Positions 1 to 8,500 of a stretch of DNA of 64,000 nt are shown one piece after another. Made by a program: the position numbers and the translations under genes. Positions within the stretch are counted from its first letter, which is position 1. Each line of letters starts with the position of its first letter. The stretch is taken from the NCBI GenBank assembly GCA_046567085.1, contig JBKICP010000167.1, forward strand, positions 3,051 through 67,050, given 5' to 3'. The notes under the pieces are model-generated. The model was given only the letters and a program-made list of their open reading frames with translations. It did not search any database and was not told the origin of the DNA. The DNA comes from Acidobacteriota bacterium (GTDB taxonomy: Bacteria > Acidobacteriota > Terriglobia > Terriglobales > Acidobacteriaceae).

Positions 1-879
1 GAGAGCGATGCCGACATTCGCGCCATGGCGCAGGACGAGCTGACCATGCTGGAGGCGCGGGAGCCGCAGATCGAAGAGGATCTGAAGCTGCTGCTGCTGC
101 CAAAGGATCCCAACGACGAGAAGAACGTCGTGCTCGAGATTCGCGCCGGCACCGGCGGCGATGAGGCCAGCCTGTTTGCCGCGGAGATCTTCCGCATGTA
201 CAACCGCTTCGCCGAGCAGCATAAGTGGCGCGTGGAAGTGCTCTCGTCGTCGGAGTCGTCGGTGGGCGGCCTGAAAGAAGTGATCGCGATTATCGAGGGC
301 GACAAGGTCTATTCGCAGCTGAAGTACGAGAGCGGCGTGCATCGCGTGCAGCGGGTTCCGGCAACGGAGACCCAGGGCCGCGTCCACACCAGCGCCGTGA
401 CCGTGGCCGTGCTGCCGGAAGCCGAGGATGTCGACGTGAAGATCGAGGCGAAGGACATTCGCATCGACACCTTCTGTTCTTCGGGCCCCGGCGGACAGTC
501 GGTCAACACGACGTATTCGGCGGTGCGCATTACGCATCTGCCCACGAACACCGTCGTCAGCTGCCAGGACGAGAAGTCGCAGATCAAGAACCGCGAAAAG
601 GCGATGCGCGTGCTGCGCGCGCGGCTCTATGAAGTAGAGATGGAGCGGCAGCAACAAGCGCTGGCAAAGGAACGCAAGCAGCAGGTGGGCAGCGGCGACC
701 GCAGCGAGAAGATCCGGACGTACAACTTCCCGCAGAACCGCCTTACCGATCACCGCATCGGCCTGACCATTCATCAGCTCACCGAGATCATGGAAGGCAA
801 GCTCCAGCCGGTGATCGACGCCCTCATCGCACACTTCAATGCCGAGCGGCTCAAGAGCGAGGCGGAGGCAGTGGCGTAA
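1..879 (+). CDS. prfA: Peptide chain release factor 1, 5' end cut by the window edge
   Basis: Frame 1 is open from nt 1. GGQ motif present ([11 protein letters not shown]). RF-1-type sequence throughout. prmC lies downstream. Confidence 0.95.
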   Translation, partial: ESDADIRAMAQDELTMLEAREPQIEEDLKLLLLPKDPNDEKNVVLEIRAGTGGDEASLFAAEIFRMYNRFAEQHKWRVEVLSSSESSVGGLKEVIAIIEGDKVYSQLKYESGVHRVQRVPATETQGRVHTSAVTVAVLPEAEDVDVKIEAKDIRIDTFCSSGPGGQSVNTTYSAVRITHLPTNTVVSCQDEKSQIKNREKAMRVLRARLYEVEMERQQQALAKERKQQVGSGDRSEKIRTYNFPQNRLTDHRIGLTIHQLTEIMEGKLQPVIDALIAHFNAERLKSEAEAVA

Positions 880-946
880 GACAGGGCGCAGAGAATCGGT
901 GACGATGGTGCTTGATTGTGCCCGGAGTAATGTTGAGACGACATGA

Positions 947-1096
947 TCGGCGATCTACGATCGGGTCGTGAAGATCGCGTACGATCCGGCAAAGAACGAG
1001 CGGAATATGCGCGAGCGCGGATTATCCTTTGAGCGGGCGAGAGAGTTTGACTTCGAGACGGCTAAAGTCTGGGATAAGCGGAAGATTCCGATATGA
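947..1096 (+). pseudogene. Truncated BrnT (DUF497)-like toxin remnant
   Basis: Short ORF (best start GTG 968) reads VKIAYDPAKNERNMRERGLSFERAREFDFETAKVWDKRKIPI*. This resembles the N-terminal third of BrnT toxins (xWDxxKxxxNxxKHGxxFxxA). It stops early, with its TGA overlapping the GNAT ATG. Confidence 0.4.
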
Positions 1097-1623
1097 ATAT
1101 TCGACCTGCGGAGCCAAAGGATGCGTCGGCCATCGCCCGAGTGCACCTGGCGAGCTGGAAAACGACGTATCCGGGAATCATTCCGCAGGAGTACATCGAC
1201 GGCCTGCGCGTGGAAAACGGCATCGCGCGCTGGCAGATCGAGCTGAGTGGCAGGAAAGCTACGGTCCTCGTCGCCGAAGATCGGCGCGGGGTCTTCGGGT
1301 TCATTGCCGGCGGCGCGATCGAGCATCCTGTGGACGGATACCAGGGAGAGCTCGGGGCCATCTATCTGCTGGCGTCGCACCAGAGGAAGGGCGCGGGCGC
1401 AGCGCTGGTGCGGCATCTCGCACGCGATCTGCGGCAGCAGGGATTCGCCAACATGGCGGTGTGGGCGCTCGAAGCGAATCCAGCCTGCGCATTCTACCGG
1501 CGCCTGGGCGGCGTTCAGGTCGCCGAGCAGACGATCGAAATCGGCGGCAAGGCGCTGCCGGAACTCGCCTTCGGCTGGCCGCAGATTGGCGTTCTGTGCG
1601 ACGAGCCGGGCGTACAAAGCTGA
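1093..1623 (+). CDS. GNAT family N-acetyltransferase
   Basis: 176 aa. Acetyl-CoA binding region present (LLASHQRKGAGAALV, the Q/RxxGxG/A motif). Typical GNAT length. Confidence 0.85.
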   Translation: MNIRPAEPKDASAIARVHLASWKTTYPGIIPQEYIDGLRVENGIARWQIELSGRKATVLVAEDRRGVFGFIAGGAIEHPVDGYQGELGAIYLLASHQRKGAGAALVRHLARDLRQQGFANMAVWALEANPACAFYRRLGGVQVAEQTIEIGGKALPELAFGWPQIGVLCDEPGVQS

Positions 1624-1624
1624 C

Positions 1625-2464
1625 ATGCCCGACAGGACCATCCGGGAACTTCTGGATCACGCAGCCGCGCGTCTGAGCGGCTCAGCCACGGCCCGGCGCG
1701 ACGCGGAGCTGTTGCTGATGCGCGCCGCAGGCCGCGATCGCGCATGGATCCTCACCCATCCCGAAGCGCAGCTGGACGCTGAACCGATGGCCGCGTTCGA
1801 GAGCTGGATTGCGCGCCGTGCGCATTATGAACCGGTCCAGTACCTCCTGGGCGAGACGGAATTCTATGGGCTGGCGTTCACCGTCACGCCGGACGTACTG
1901 ATCCCCAGGCCGGAGACCGAACACCTGGTGGAAGCAGCTCTGGAGCGTGTGCAGCGAGCCGCCCCCGTCAGGATATGCGACGTCGGCACCGGATCGGGAG
2001 CGATTGCAGTGGCTCTGGCGCACACACTGCCAAATGCCCATGTAACTGCTCTGGATCTTTCGCCTGCGGCTCTGGCCGTGGCTCGGCAAAACGCGGAACG
2101 CTGCGGCGTCGCCGACCGGATGCGATGGGCTGAATCCGATTTGCTGAACGCTGTGTGCGGCGAGCGATTCGACATGGTGGTCTCGAATCCGCCCTATGTG
2201 CGCGATGACGAGAGACTCGAAGAGCAGGTGCGCAATTTCGAACCGCACGCCGCGTTATTCGCCGGGCCAACCGGGCTGGAGGTCTACGAACGGCTGATCC
2301 CCGAAGCACGCGTGGCCCTCGTTCCCGGCGGCTGGCTGCTGATGGAGATCGGCCAGGGACAGCGGGACGCGCTGGCCCACCTGCTCGCAGGCTGGGAAGC
2401 AGTCGCCTTCAAAGATGACTTCCAGGGAATCCCGCGCGTTGCCATGGCGCGGCGCGGGGCCTGA
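1625..2464 (+). CDS. prmC: Release factor glutamine N5-methyltransferase PrmC/HemK
   Basis: Internal ATG at 1625 of ORF 1247-2464 (MPDRTIRELLDH...). SAM motif DVGTGSGAI and catalytic NPPY (VSNPPYV). Near prfA. Confidence 0.9.
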   Translation: MPDRTIRELLDHAAARLSGSATARRDAELLLMRAAGRDRAWILTHPEAQLDAEPMAAFESWIARRAHYEPVQYLLGETEFYGLAFTVTPDVLIPRPETEHLVEAALERVQRAAPVRICDVGTGSGAIAVALAHTLPNAHVTALDLSPAALAVARQNAERCGVADRMRWAESDLLNAVCGERFDMVVSNPPYVRDDERLEEQVRNFEPHAALFAGPTGLEVYERLIPEARVALVPGGWLLMEIGQGQRDALAHLLAGWEAVAFKDDFQGIPRVAMARRGA

Positions 2465-2475
2465 GAATAGAACGC

Positions 2476-3738
2476 ATGAGCGCTACCGCCACAGAAACTC
2501 TCACGACAACGAAGGACTTCGCCACAAAGCTCGACCGTCTGGCCGAAGTCGCGATCAAATCCGGCCTGGGACTGGCCGAGGGCCAGGAACTCGTCATGAC
2601 CGCCTCGACCGATGCGCTGCCGCTGGCGCGGCTGATCACGAAGCATGCGTACCAGGCGGGCGCCTCGCTGGTGACGATCCTGCTCAGCGACGAAGAGGCG
2701 TCGCTGATGCGCTATCGCTATGGTCGCGAGGGCAGCTTCGATGCGGCTGCAGCCTGGCTCTACGATGGCATGGCCGCCGCCTACAAAAGCGGGGCCGCGC
2801 GCCTGGCGATCACAGGCGGGAATCCTGCGCTGCTGTCGAAAGAGAATCCGGAGCACGTGAGCCGCGCGAATCGGTCGATGTCGAAGGCCTACCGCCCGGC
2901 GCTCGAGCTGATCACCCGCCACGACATCAACTGGACGATCGTTTCGGCGGCGACCCCGGCATGGGCGGCGGCCGTCTTTCCGAACCTGCCCCCCGACGAA
3001 GCTCTTTCAAAACTGTGGGATGCGATCTTCGCGGCGAGCCGTGCGGACCTGGCCGATCCGGTTGCCGCCTGGAAGCAGCACGACGACAAGCTGCATACAT
3101 GGGCTGATCGCATGAACGCGCGGCGTTACTCGGCTCTGCACTTCAAAGGTCCGGGCACCGACCTGAAGGTTGGCCTCGCCGACGATCATCTCTGGCTGGG
3201 CGGCGGAACGACGGCAGGGAACGGCAACTACTGCATCCCGAACATGCCCACCGAAGAAGTATTCACGACGCCCCACAAGGATCGCGTAGAGGGCACGGTG
3301 ACGAGCACGAAGCCGCTGTCCCACCAGGGAACGCTGATCGAAGGAATCAAGGTGCGCTTTGAGGGCGGGAAGATCGTCGAGGCCCACGCCGCGAAAGGCG
3401 AACAGGTGCTGCAGAAGCTGATCGAGACGGATGAAGGCGCGCCGCGCTTGGGCGAGGTATCGCTGGTGCCGAACTCGTCGCCCATCTCGGCGAGCGGGCT
3501 GCTCTTCCTCAACACCCTCTTCGATGAGAATGCCGCGTGCCACATCGCGCTGGGACAGGCGTATTCGAGCTGCGTGAAAGACGGCGACAAACTCACGCCC
3601 GAACAGCTGGCTGCGAAAGGCGCGAACGAGAGCCTGATCCATGTGGACTGGATGATCGGCTCGGGAAAGATCGACGTGGACGGCATCACGGCGACAGGCG
3701 ATGCGGAGCCGGTGCTGCGCCAGGGCGAGTGGGTTTGA
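2476..3738 (+). CDS. M29 family aminopeptidase (AmpS/PepS-like)
   Basis: 420 aa. Whole-length resemblance to thermophilic metalloprotease M29 proteins (EVFTTP, HIALG, IHVDWMIG regions). Confidence 0.85.
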   Translation: MSATATETLTTTKDFATKLDRLAEVAIKSGLGLAEGQELVMTASTDALPLARLITKHAYQAGASLVTILLSDEEASLMRYRYGREGSFDAAAAWLYDGMAAAYKSGAARLAITGGNPALLSKENPEHVSRANRSMSKAYRPALELITRHDINWTIVSAATPAWAAAVFPNLPPDEALSKLWDAIFAASRADLADPVAAWKQHDDKLHTWADRMNARRYSALHFKGPGTDLKVGLADDHLWLGGGTTAGNGNYCIPNMPTEEVFTTPHKDRVEGTVTSTKPLSHQGTLIEGIKVRFEGGKIVEAHAAKGEQVLQKLIETDEGAPRLGEVSLVPNSSPISASGLLFLNTLFDENAACHIALGQAYSSCVKDGDKLTPEQLAAKGANESLIHVDWMIGSGKIDVDGITATGDAEPVLRQGEWV

Positions 3739-3762
3739 GTAACGGCAGGGAGCAGGAAATAG

Positions 3763-3800
3763 AGGCCCGGGCCGCTGATGATCAGCGCCGGGCCTTTGCT
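3763..3800 (+). terminator. Putative intrinsic terminator after the aminopeptidase gene
   Basis: aggcccgg(gc)cgctga-tga-tcagcg-ccgggcct hairpin followed by ttgctttc. Confidence 0.45.
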
Positions 3801-3878
3801 TTCAGGAGCTAAGGCCCACCCTCGGATACGGGCGGTTTTCCTGCGCCACTTTTCCTGGCGCAGCGCGTTGAAGAGATT

Positions 3879-4487
3879 ATGTCGAGCCGACGGGTTTCCA
3901 TCCTCGCCTCTGTCGCTGTGCTCGGCGCGGCGCTGTACGTTGCGGTTCCGGGCCTGCGAGCGGAGGCCGCTCCTCTGACCACCGAAGAACTGGTGGCGCT
4001 GGGGGCCAATGCCACCTTCCACACCGATCTCACCTTCGACGAGTCGATGCTGCACGCGGCCAGCCAGGAGATGCCGGGCGAGGATCAGCCGATCATCGCG
4101 AAGCTTCGCAGCATTTCCGTCCACACCTACCGCTACTCCTCCCCGGGACTCTACGACCCGGCAACGCTGGCGGCAATTCGAGCCCAGTTCGACGGCGAGG
4201 GCTGGAGCCACCTCGTGGTAAAACAGCCGCACCCGCAGGTGGCTGCGGCCGATCCGGATGCCGCGCCGATGCAGGCAGAGCCTCCGCACGACCCCATGCG
4301 CACCGAGGTGTGGGTGAAGATGAAGCACACCAATGTGGAGGGGATCGTATTACTGGTGGCGAACGAGAAAAACGTGAACCTGATCGTGATCGACGGGATG
4401 ATCAGCCCATTGGATCTGCTGCACCTGCGCGGGCACTTCGGCATTCCGCGCTTCAGTGGGGATGAATACGAGAAGGGCAGCCGGTAG
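3879..4487 (+). CDS. Secreted DUF4252-like protein
   Basis: Signal peptide (ILASVAVLGAALYVAVPGLRAEA). C-terminal pattern LIVIDGMISPLDLLHLRGHFGIPRF is typical of DUF4252. Confidence 0.6.
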   Translation: MSSRRVSILASVAVLGAALYVAVPGLRAEAAPLTTEELVALGANATFHTDLTFDESMLHAASQEMPGEDQPIIAKLRSISVHTYRYSSPGLYDPATLAAIRAQFDGEGWSHLVVKQPHPQVAAADPDAAPMQAEPPHDPMRTEVWVKMKHTNVEGIVLLVANEKNVNLIVIDGMISPLDLLHLRGHFGIPRFSGDEYEKGSR

Positions 4488-4561
4488 GCGCGACCGCAGT
4501 CGAAAGCGGCCATGGATGCCGGTTCTGCAGTCAGAGCCAACGCCGCAACAGAAAAAACGAA

Positions 4562-4588
4562 GGCCACGCAGTCTCGATCTGCGTGGCC
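4562..4588. terminator. Bidirectional intrinsic terminator between convergent genes
   Basis: Perfect 10-bp stem ggccacgcag/ctgcgtggcc with a 7-nt loop. An A-run lies upstream and gtttgtttg downstream. Confidence 0.6.
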
Positions 4589-4610
4589 CGTGTTTGTTTG
4601 CGACCTGCCG

Positions 4611-5081
4611 TCAGATATGGCAGCTGACCATGCCCCGTTTCTCGAGGTACTTCTGGTGGTATTCCTCGGCGCGCCAGAAGGTCTCCGCCGGGACCACCTG
4701 CGTGACGATGGACTTTGAGAATCGCTTCTCAGCCGTGAGCCGTGCGATGGTCTCCTTCGCCGCCCTTTCCTGTTCGGGCGAGTGGAAGAAAACGGCGCTG
4801 CGATATTGCGTGCCCCAGTCCGGCCCCTGGCGGTTCAGCTGCGTGGGGTCGTGCAGCGCGAAGAACTCGTCCAGCAGCTGCTGGTAGCTGATCTTCGACG
4901 GGTCGAATTCGATCTCGACGGCTTCCGCATGCCCGGTGCGGTCGGTGCACACCTGCTGATAGCTGGGGTTGGTCAGCGTGCCACCCTCGTAACCGACGGC
5001 GGTTGCAGTCACGCCGGGCAGCTGCTGGAAGCGCGCTTCGACGCCCCAGAAGCAGCCCGCGGCAAATGTAGCCTTTTCCAT
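4611..5081 (-). CDS. msrA: Peptide-methionine (S)-S-oxide reductase
   Basis: GCFWGVE active-site motif. Start MEKATFAAGCFWG is preceded by GAGAGAGG. The longer ORF reaches 5111. Confidence 0.9.
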   Translation of the reverse strand: MEKATFAAGCFWGVEARFQQLPGVTATAVGYEGGTLTNPSYQQVCTDRTGHAEAVEIEFDPSKISYQQLLDEFFALHDPTQLNRQGPDWGTQYRSAVFFHSPEQERAAKETIARLTAEKRFSKSIVTQVVPAETFWRAEEYHQKYLEKRGMVSCHI

Positions 5082-5141
5082 AGTTCCTCTCTCTGAACCA
5101 TTCGATTCCACAAGCGCGTTCGGGGACGCATCGTCTCGAAG

Positions 5142-6110
5142 CTAAACGTCGTTGCCGAGGTGGAAGATCGGTTCCACGCCGGTTGCGCCGCTCAGCAGAG
5201 CCTGTTCCTCGGTGGCGCCAAGGGGCGTGTAGTTCTGCGCCACGTCCATGGCGAGGCGGAAGTAGCGCTCGTCGCCGGGCGGAATGGCTGCGGTGATGGG
5301 ATGGCCGAGAGTCCAGCGCAGACCGAGAGAGGCCTGGTGGGGGAAGTCGGCCGGCTGATACCAGCATTTCGGCGCCGAAGGATGGTTCTTCTGCTCGTCG
5401 GCCGGCCACACGGTTTTCGCCATCGACTTCAGACAGAGGATGCCGACCTGTTTCTCGCGCGCGGTTTCAAGAATCTGCGGCCCGAAGTGCGCCTGCGTGT
5501 AAAGCACAAAGTTCAGCGGGAACAGAACGGTGTCGAAAGGGTAGCGATTCATCGCGGCCACGGCGGTCTCCTGCGAGTGCACGGAGAAGCCGATGTAGCG
5601 GATCTTGCCTTCCTTCTTCGCGGCCTCGAGCGTTTCCATGGCGCCCCCGGGTCCGAGGACCTTGTCGAGGTCTGTCATTTTGGTGAGTGCATGGAACTGG
5701 TAGAGGTCGAAATGGTCGGTCTTGAGCAGCTTCAGCGAGTTCTCCAGCTGAGCCCGGCAGCCGTCGCGGGTGCGGTCCTCGGCCTTGCAGGCGAGGAAGA
5801 CCCGATCGCGATAAGGAGCCAGCGCCGGACCGAGGCGTTCCTGCGCATTGCCGTAGCTGGGCGCGACGTCGAAGTAGTTGATGCCGCGATCCACGGCTTC
5901 CGCAACGATATTCGAGGAAGAAGACGGGTCTTCGTTCATGACGACGATGCCGCCGAATCCGATGATCGACAGCTCCTCGCCGGTTTTGCCGAGCTTGCGG
6001 CGTGCGATCGGATGCGTGGGAGTGGTGGCTTTTGCGTGGAGCGTGTCGGCGGCAGCCATGCCCGCGGCGGTGATGGCTGCATTCTTGAGAAACTCGCGGC
6101 GTTTCATCAT
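5142..6110 (-). CDS. Aldo/keto reductase with twin-arginine signal peptide
   Basis: N-terminus MMKRREFLKNAAITAAGMAAA (Tat motif RREFLK). AKR fold motifs present (GINYFDVAPSYG, YIGFSVH). Confidence 0.85.
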   Translation of the reverse strand: MMKRREFLKNAAITAAGMAAADTLHAKATTPTHPIARRKLGKTGEELSIIGFGGIVVMNEDPSSSSNIVAEAVDRGINYFDVAPSYGNAQERLGPALAPYRDRVFLACKAEDRTRDGCRAQLENSLKLLKTDHFDLYQFHALTKMTDLDKVLGPGGAMETLEAAKKEGKIRYIGFSVHSQETAVAAMNRYPFDTVLFPLNFVLYTQAHFGPQILETAREKQVGILCLKSMAKTVWPADEQKNHPSAPKCWYQPADFPHQASLGLRWTLGHPITAAIPPGDERYFRLAMDVAQNYTPLGATEEQALLSGATGVEPIFHLGNDV

Positions 6111-6200
6111 CGAGACTCCTGAAGATGAAGGTTCGTGCTTGGTTTCTCTGGATATTGTGGCACGGAAGCCCGAACGAGGGGCACACTTCGTCCGAATCGA

Positions 6201-7193
6201 CTATCGATTCCCGCTGCGCGGTCGACGGACTCGGTTCCGCTTTGCTCCCGACGGTGCGGAGGCTGAAGCACCACGCGTCGTTGGGCGTCGACGCTGATCG
6301 GAAGGGTTCGAATCGCGAACCTGCTTGCCGCGTGCTGCCCTGGATGTTTTCCCCTCCGCGGCACGGCGCAGCGCAGCGATTTCTTCAAGGCTCAGATCCC
6401 GGGAGCGGCCGGGCTCCAGATCGAGGACCAGCGGTCCGTACCCGACGCGGCGAATCTTCTCCACGTGATGGCCGATCTCCTCGAACATCTTGCGGATCTC
6501 GCGGTTGCGACCCTCGATCAGGATCATCTCGTACCACGGGTTCTCGCCCTCGCGCAGCAGGCGGATGCGCGCTGGCGCGGTCATCACGCGGCCCTCGTTG
6601 TGCCGGGGCTGCTCCGCCTGCGGACGTCGCCCAGGTTTTGATTCCGGCCGGATCTGCGAACCGCGATCGATCATCACACCCTGACGGAGCTGATTCAGCG
6701 CAGACTCCGAGGGTTTGCCGCTCACTTTCACCAGATAAGTCTTCTCGACACGCGCCGCCGCGCGCGTGAGCGCGTTCGCGAGATCGCCGTCGTTGGTCAT
6801 CAGCAGCAGGCCTTCGCTCGAATAGTCGAGACGGCCGACGGGAAAGAGCCGCTCGCCCCCCTTCACCAGATTCATCACGGTGGGCCGGCCTTCGGGATCG
6901 CTCGCCGTTGTGACGTAGCCTTTGGGCTTGTTGAGGACGACGTAGCGCGGGCGCTCCGGCCCCTGCAGCAGCTTGCCGTCCACGCGGATGTGGTCGCGTG
7001 CGGGGTCGGCTTTCGTGCCGAGTTCGGTGACCGTCTTCCCGTTGATCTGGACGCGGCCGCCGAGGATCAGCTCCTCGGCTTTGCGGCGCGACGCGACGCC
7101 GGCAGCGGCAATGATCTTCTGCAGGCGTTGCCGCTCATCGGAGGCGCCTGGCTCCTCATGTTGTAGCGGTGCGTTCTCGATCGGATCCTTCAC
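6201..7193 (-). CDS. rluB: 23S rRNA pseudouridine synthase RluB-type (S4 domain + RsuA/RluB catalytic domain, Arg-rich tail)
   Basis: S4 region LQKIIAAAGVASRRKAEELI. Catalytic motif PVGRLDYSSEGLLLMTNDG. Its start overlaps the scpB stop. Confidence 0.85.
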   Translation of the reverse strand: MKDPIENAPLQHEEPGASDERQRLQKIIAAAGVASRRKAEELILGGRVQINGKTVTELGTKADPARDHIRVDGKLLQGPERPRYVVLNKPKGYVTTASDPEGRPTVMNLVKGGERLFPVGRLDYSSEGLLLMTNDGDLANALTRAAARVEKTYLVKVSGKPSESALNQLRQGVMIDRGSQIRPESKPGRRPQAEQPRHNEGRVMTAPARIRLLREGENPWYEMILIEGRNREIRKMFEEIGHHVEKIRRVGYGPLVLDLEPGRSRDLSLEEIAALRRAAEGKTSRAARGKQVRDSNPSDQRRRPTTRGASASAPSGAKRNRVRRPRSGNR

Positions 7194-8296
7194 GACTGCG
7201 CCTTCTCGGCGGGTTCGGGATCGCCCTCCTCAGCGGAGACAGCATCGTCCTCGCTTTTCGGAAAAGCATATTCCTCGACCGCTGCGATTTCGTTTTCCTC
7301 CAGCCGCGAACTCCCTGGGGTCTCCTGCAGCTCCTCACCTGCGGAGGATTCTTCGATCTCCGCGATTTCGTTCTGCGCGAACGGCAGCTCCTTCTCCTCC
7401 GGCGCGATGGGCCCCTCGGCCTCGGTCTCCGCCAGTTCGCTGGCCATCTTCTCGAACTCTTCGAGCGAGGGCAACTCGCTGACTTCCTTGAGGCCGAAGC
7501 GGACCAGAAACTCTTTCGTCGTCTTGTAGAGGATGGGGCGGCCCAGCACCTGCTTGCGACCGGCGGTGGTGATCAGCTTGCGCGCAACCAGCGAACCGAG
7601 AACGCCGCCCGAATCCACGCCGCGGATCTCACCGATCTCAGGGGCAGTGATGGGCTGCTTGTACGCGATCACGGCCAGGGTTTCGAGCGCCTGCAGCGAG
7701 AGCTTAAACGGCGGCTTGAGCGTCTTGATGAAGGCGCGGACCGCGTCGTGATATTCCGGACGCGTGCCGAAGCGGAAGCCCCCGGCAACTTCGCGAATCT
7801 CGAGGCCGCTGTCCTGCGCGCTGTAGTCGGCGATCAGCTCGTCGATCAGGCGGCGCAGTTCGTCGCGTACCTCGCGGTCGCGCTGCCGCGCAGCCTTCTT
7901 TTCCGCTTCTGCCGCCGCTTCCACGGAGATCGTTTCAGCCGCCGCGGCATCGGCCGCTGGTGCTTCCTCCGGTGCCTGATCGGCGGCCGGTCCAGGTGGC
8001 TCCGGAGCGGACTGCGGCTCGCCTGCAAAGTCGGCGGTGGCGGCTTCGGCGTCGGAGGAATTCTGCGCGGCGGGCTCCGAGGCGACGGCAGCCGGCGAAG
8101 AATCCTCGTCGGCCGGGATCAGATCCGCGGCAGCCGGAAGGTCGGTTTCGGCGGGCGCTTCAGGATCCACGGCCGCCGCGGAACGCGCGGCGCGCGAGGC
8201 GAGTGCTTCGTCGCGGAACAGGGAGGCGAGCTGCGCCAGCGTCACAGGTTCTTCGGCGGCGTAAATGACGGCTTCGATGCGGGCTTTAAGACTCAT
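7190..8296 (-). CDS. scpB: Segregation and condensation protein B with a large low-complexity insertion and acidic tail
   Basis: N-terminus IEAVIYAAEEPVTLAQLASLF. Second wHTH region ETLAVIAYKQPITAPEIGEIRGVDSGGVLGSLVARKLI...GRPILYKTT. Confidence 0.85.
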   Translation of the reverse strand: MSLKARIEAVIYAAEEPVTLAQLASLFRDEALASRAARSAAAVDPEAPAETDLPAAADLIPADEDSSPAAVASEPAAQNSSDAEAATADFAGEPQSAPEPPGPAADQAPEEAPAADAAAAETISVEAAAEAEKKAARQRDREVRDELRRLIDELIADYSAQDSGLEIREVAGGFRFGTRPEYHDAVRAFIKTLKPPFKLSLQALETLAVIAYKQPITAPEIGEIRGVDSGGVLGSLVARKLITTAGRKQVLGRPILYKTTKEFLVRFGLKEVSELPSLEEFEKMASELAETEAEGPIAPEEKELPFAQNEIAEIEESSAGEELQETPGSSRLEENEIAAVEEYAFPKSEDDAVSAEEGDPEPAEKAQS

Positions 8297-8500
8297 TGAA
8301 CGTGGGGATGAAGGAAACCCTTCCTCAGGGGCTCAGGCCCCTTATTGTGCGGCTGCGGCGTCACGGCTGAAGCTGTGCGCCTTCCGGAAGCAATCTCATG
8401 CACCAGCGAACTCGTGCACCAGCCAGGTTTGCGGCCGTCATAAACGGCGCCTTCTCGATAGTACCGAAAGCGCCGCTCTCCCGGGCAGGCAGGCTGTGGA

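Noticed and set aside
6290-6330. tRNA-like T-arm sequence (gggttcgaatcgcgaacc)
   Set aside because: It lies inside the rluB coding region, with no acceptor or anticodon stems around it.
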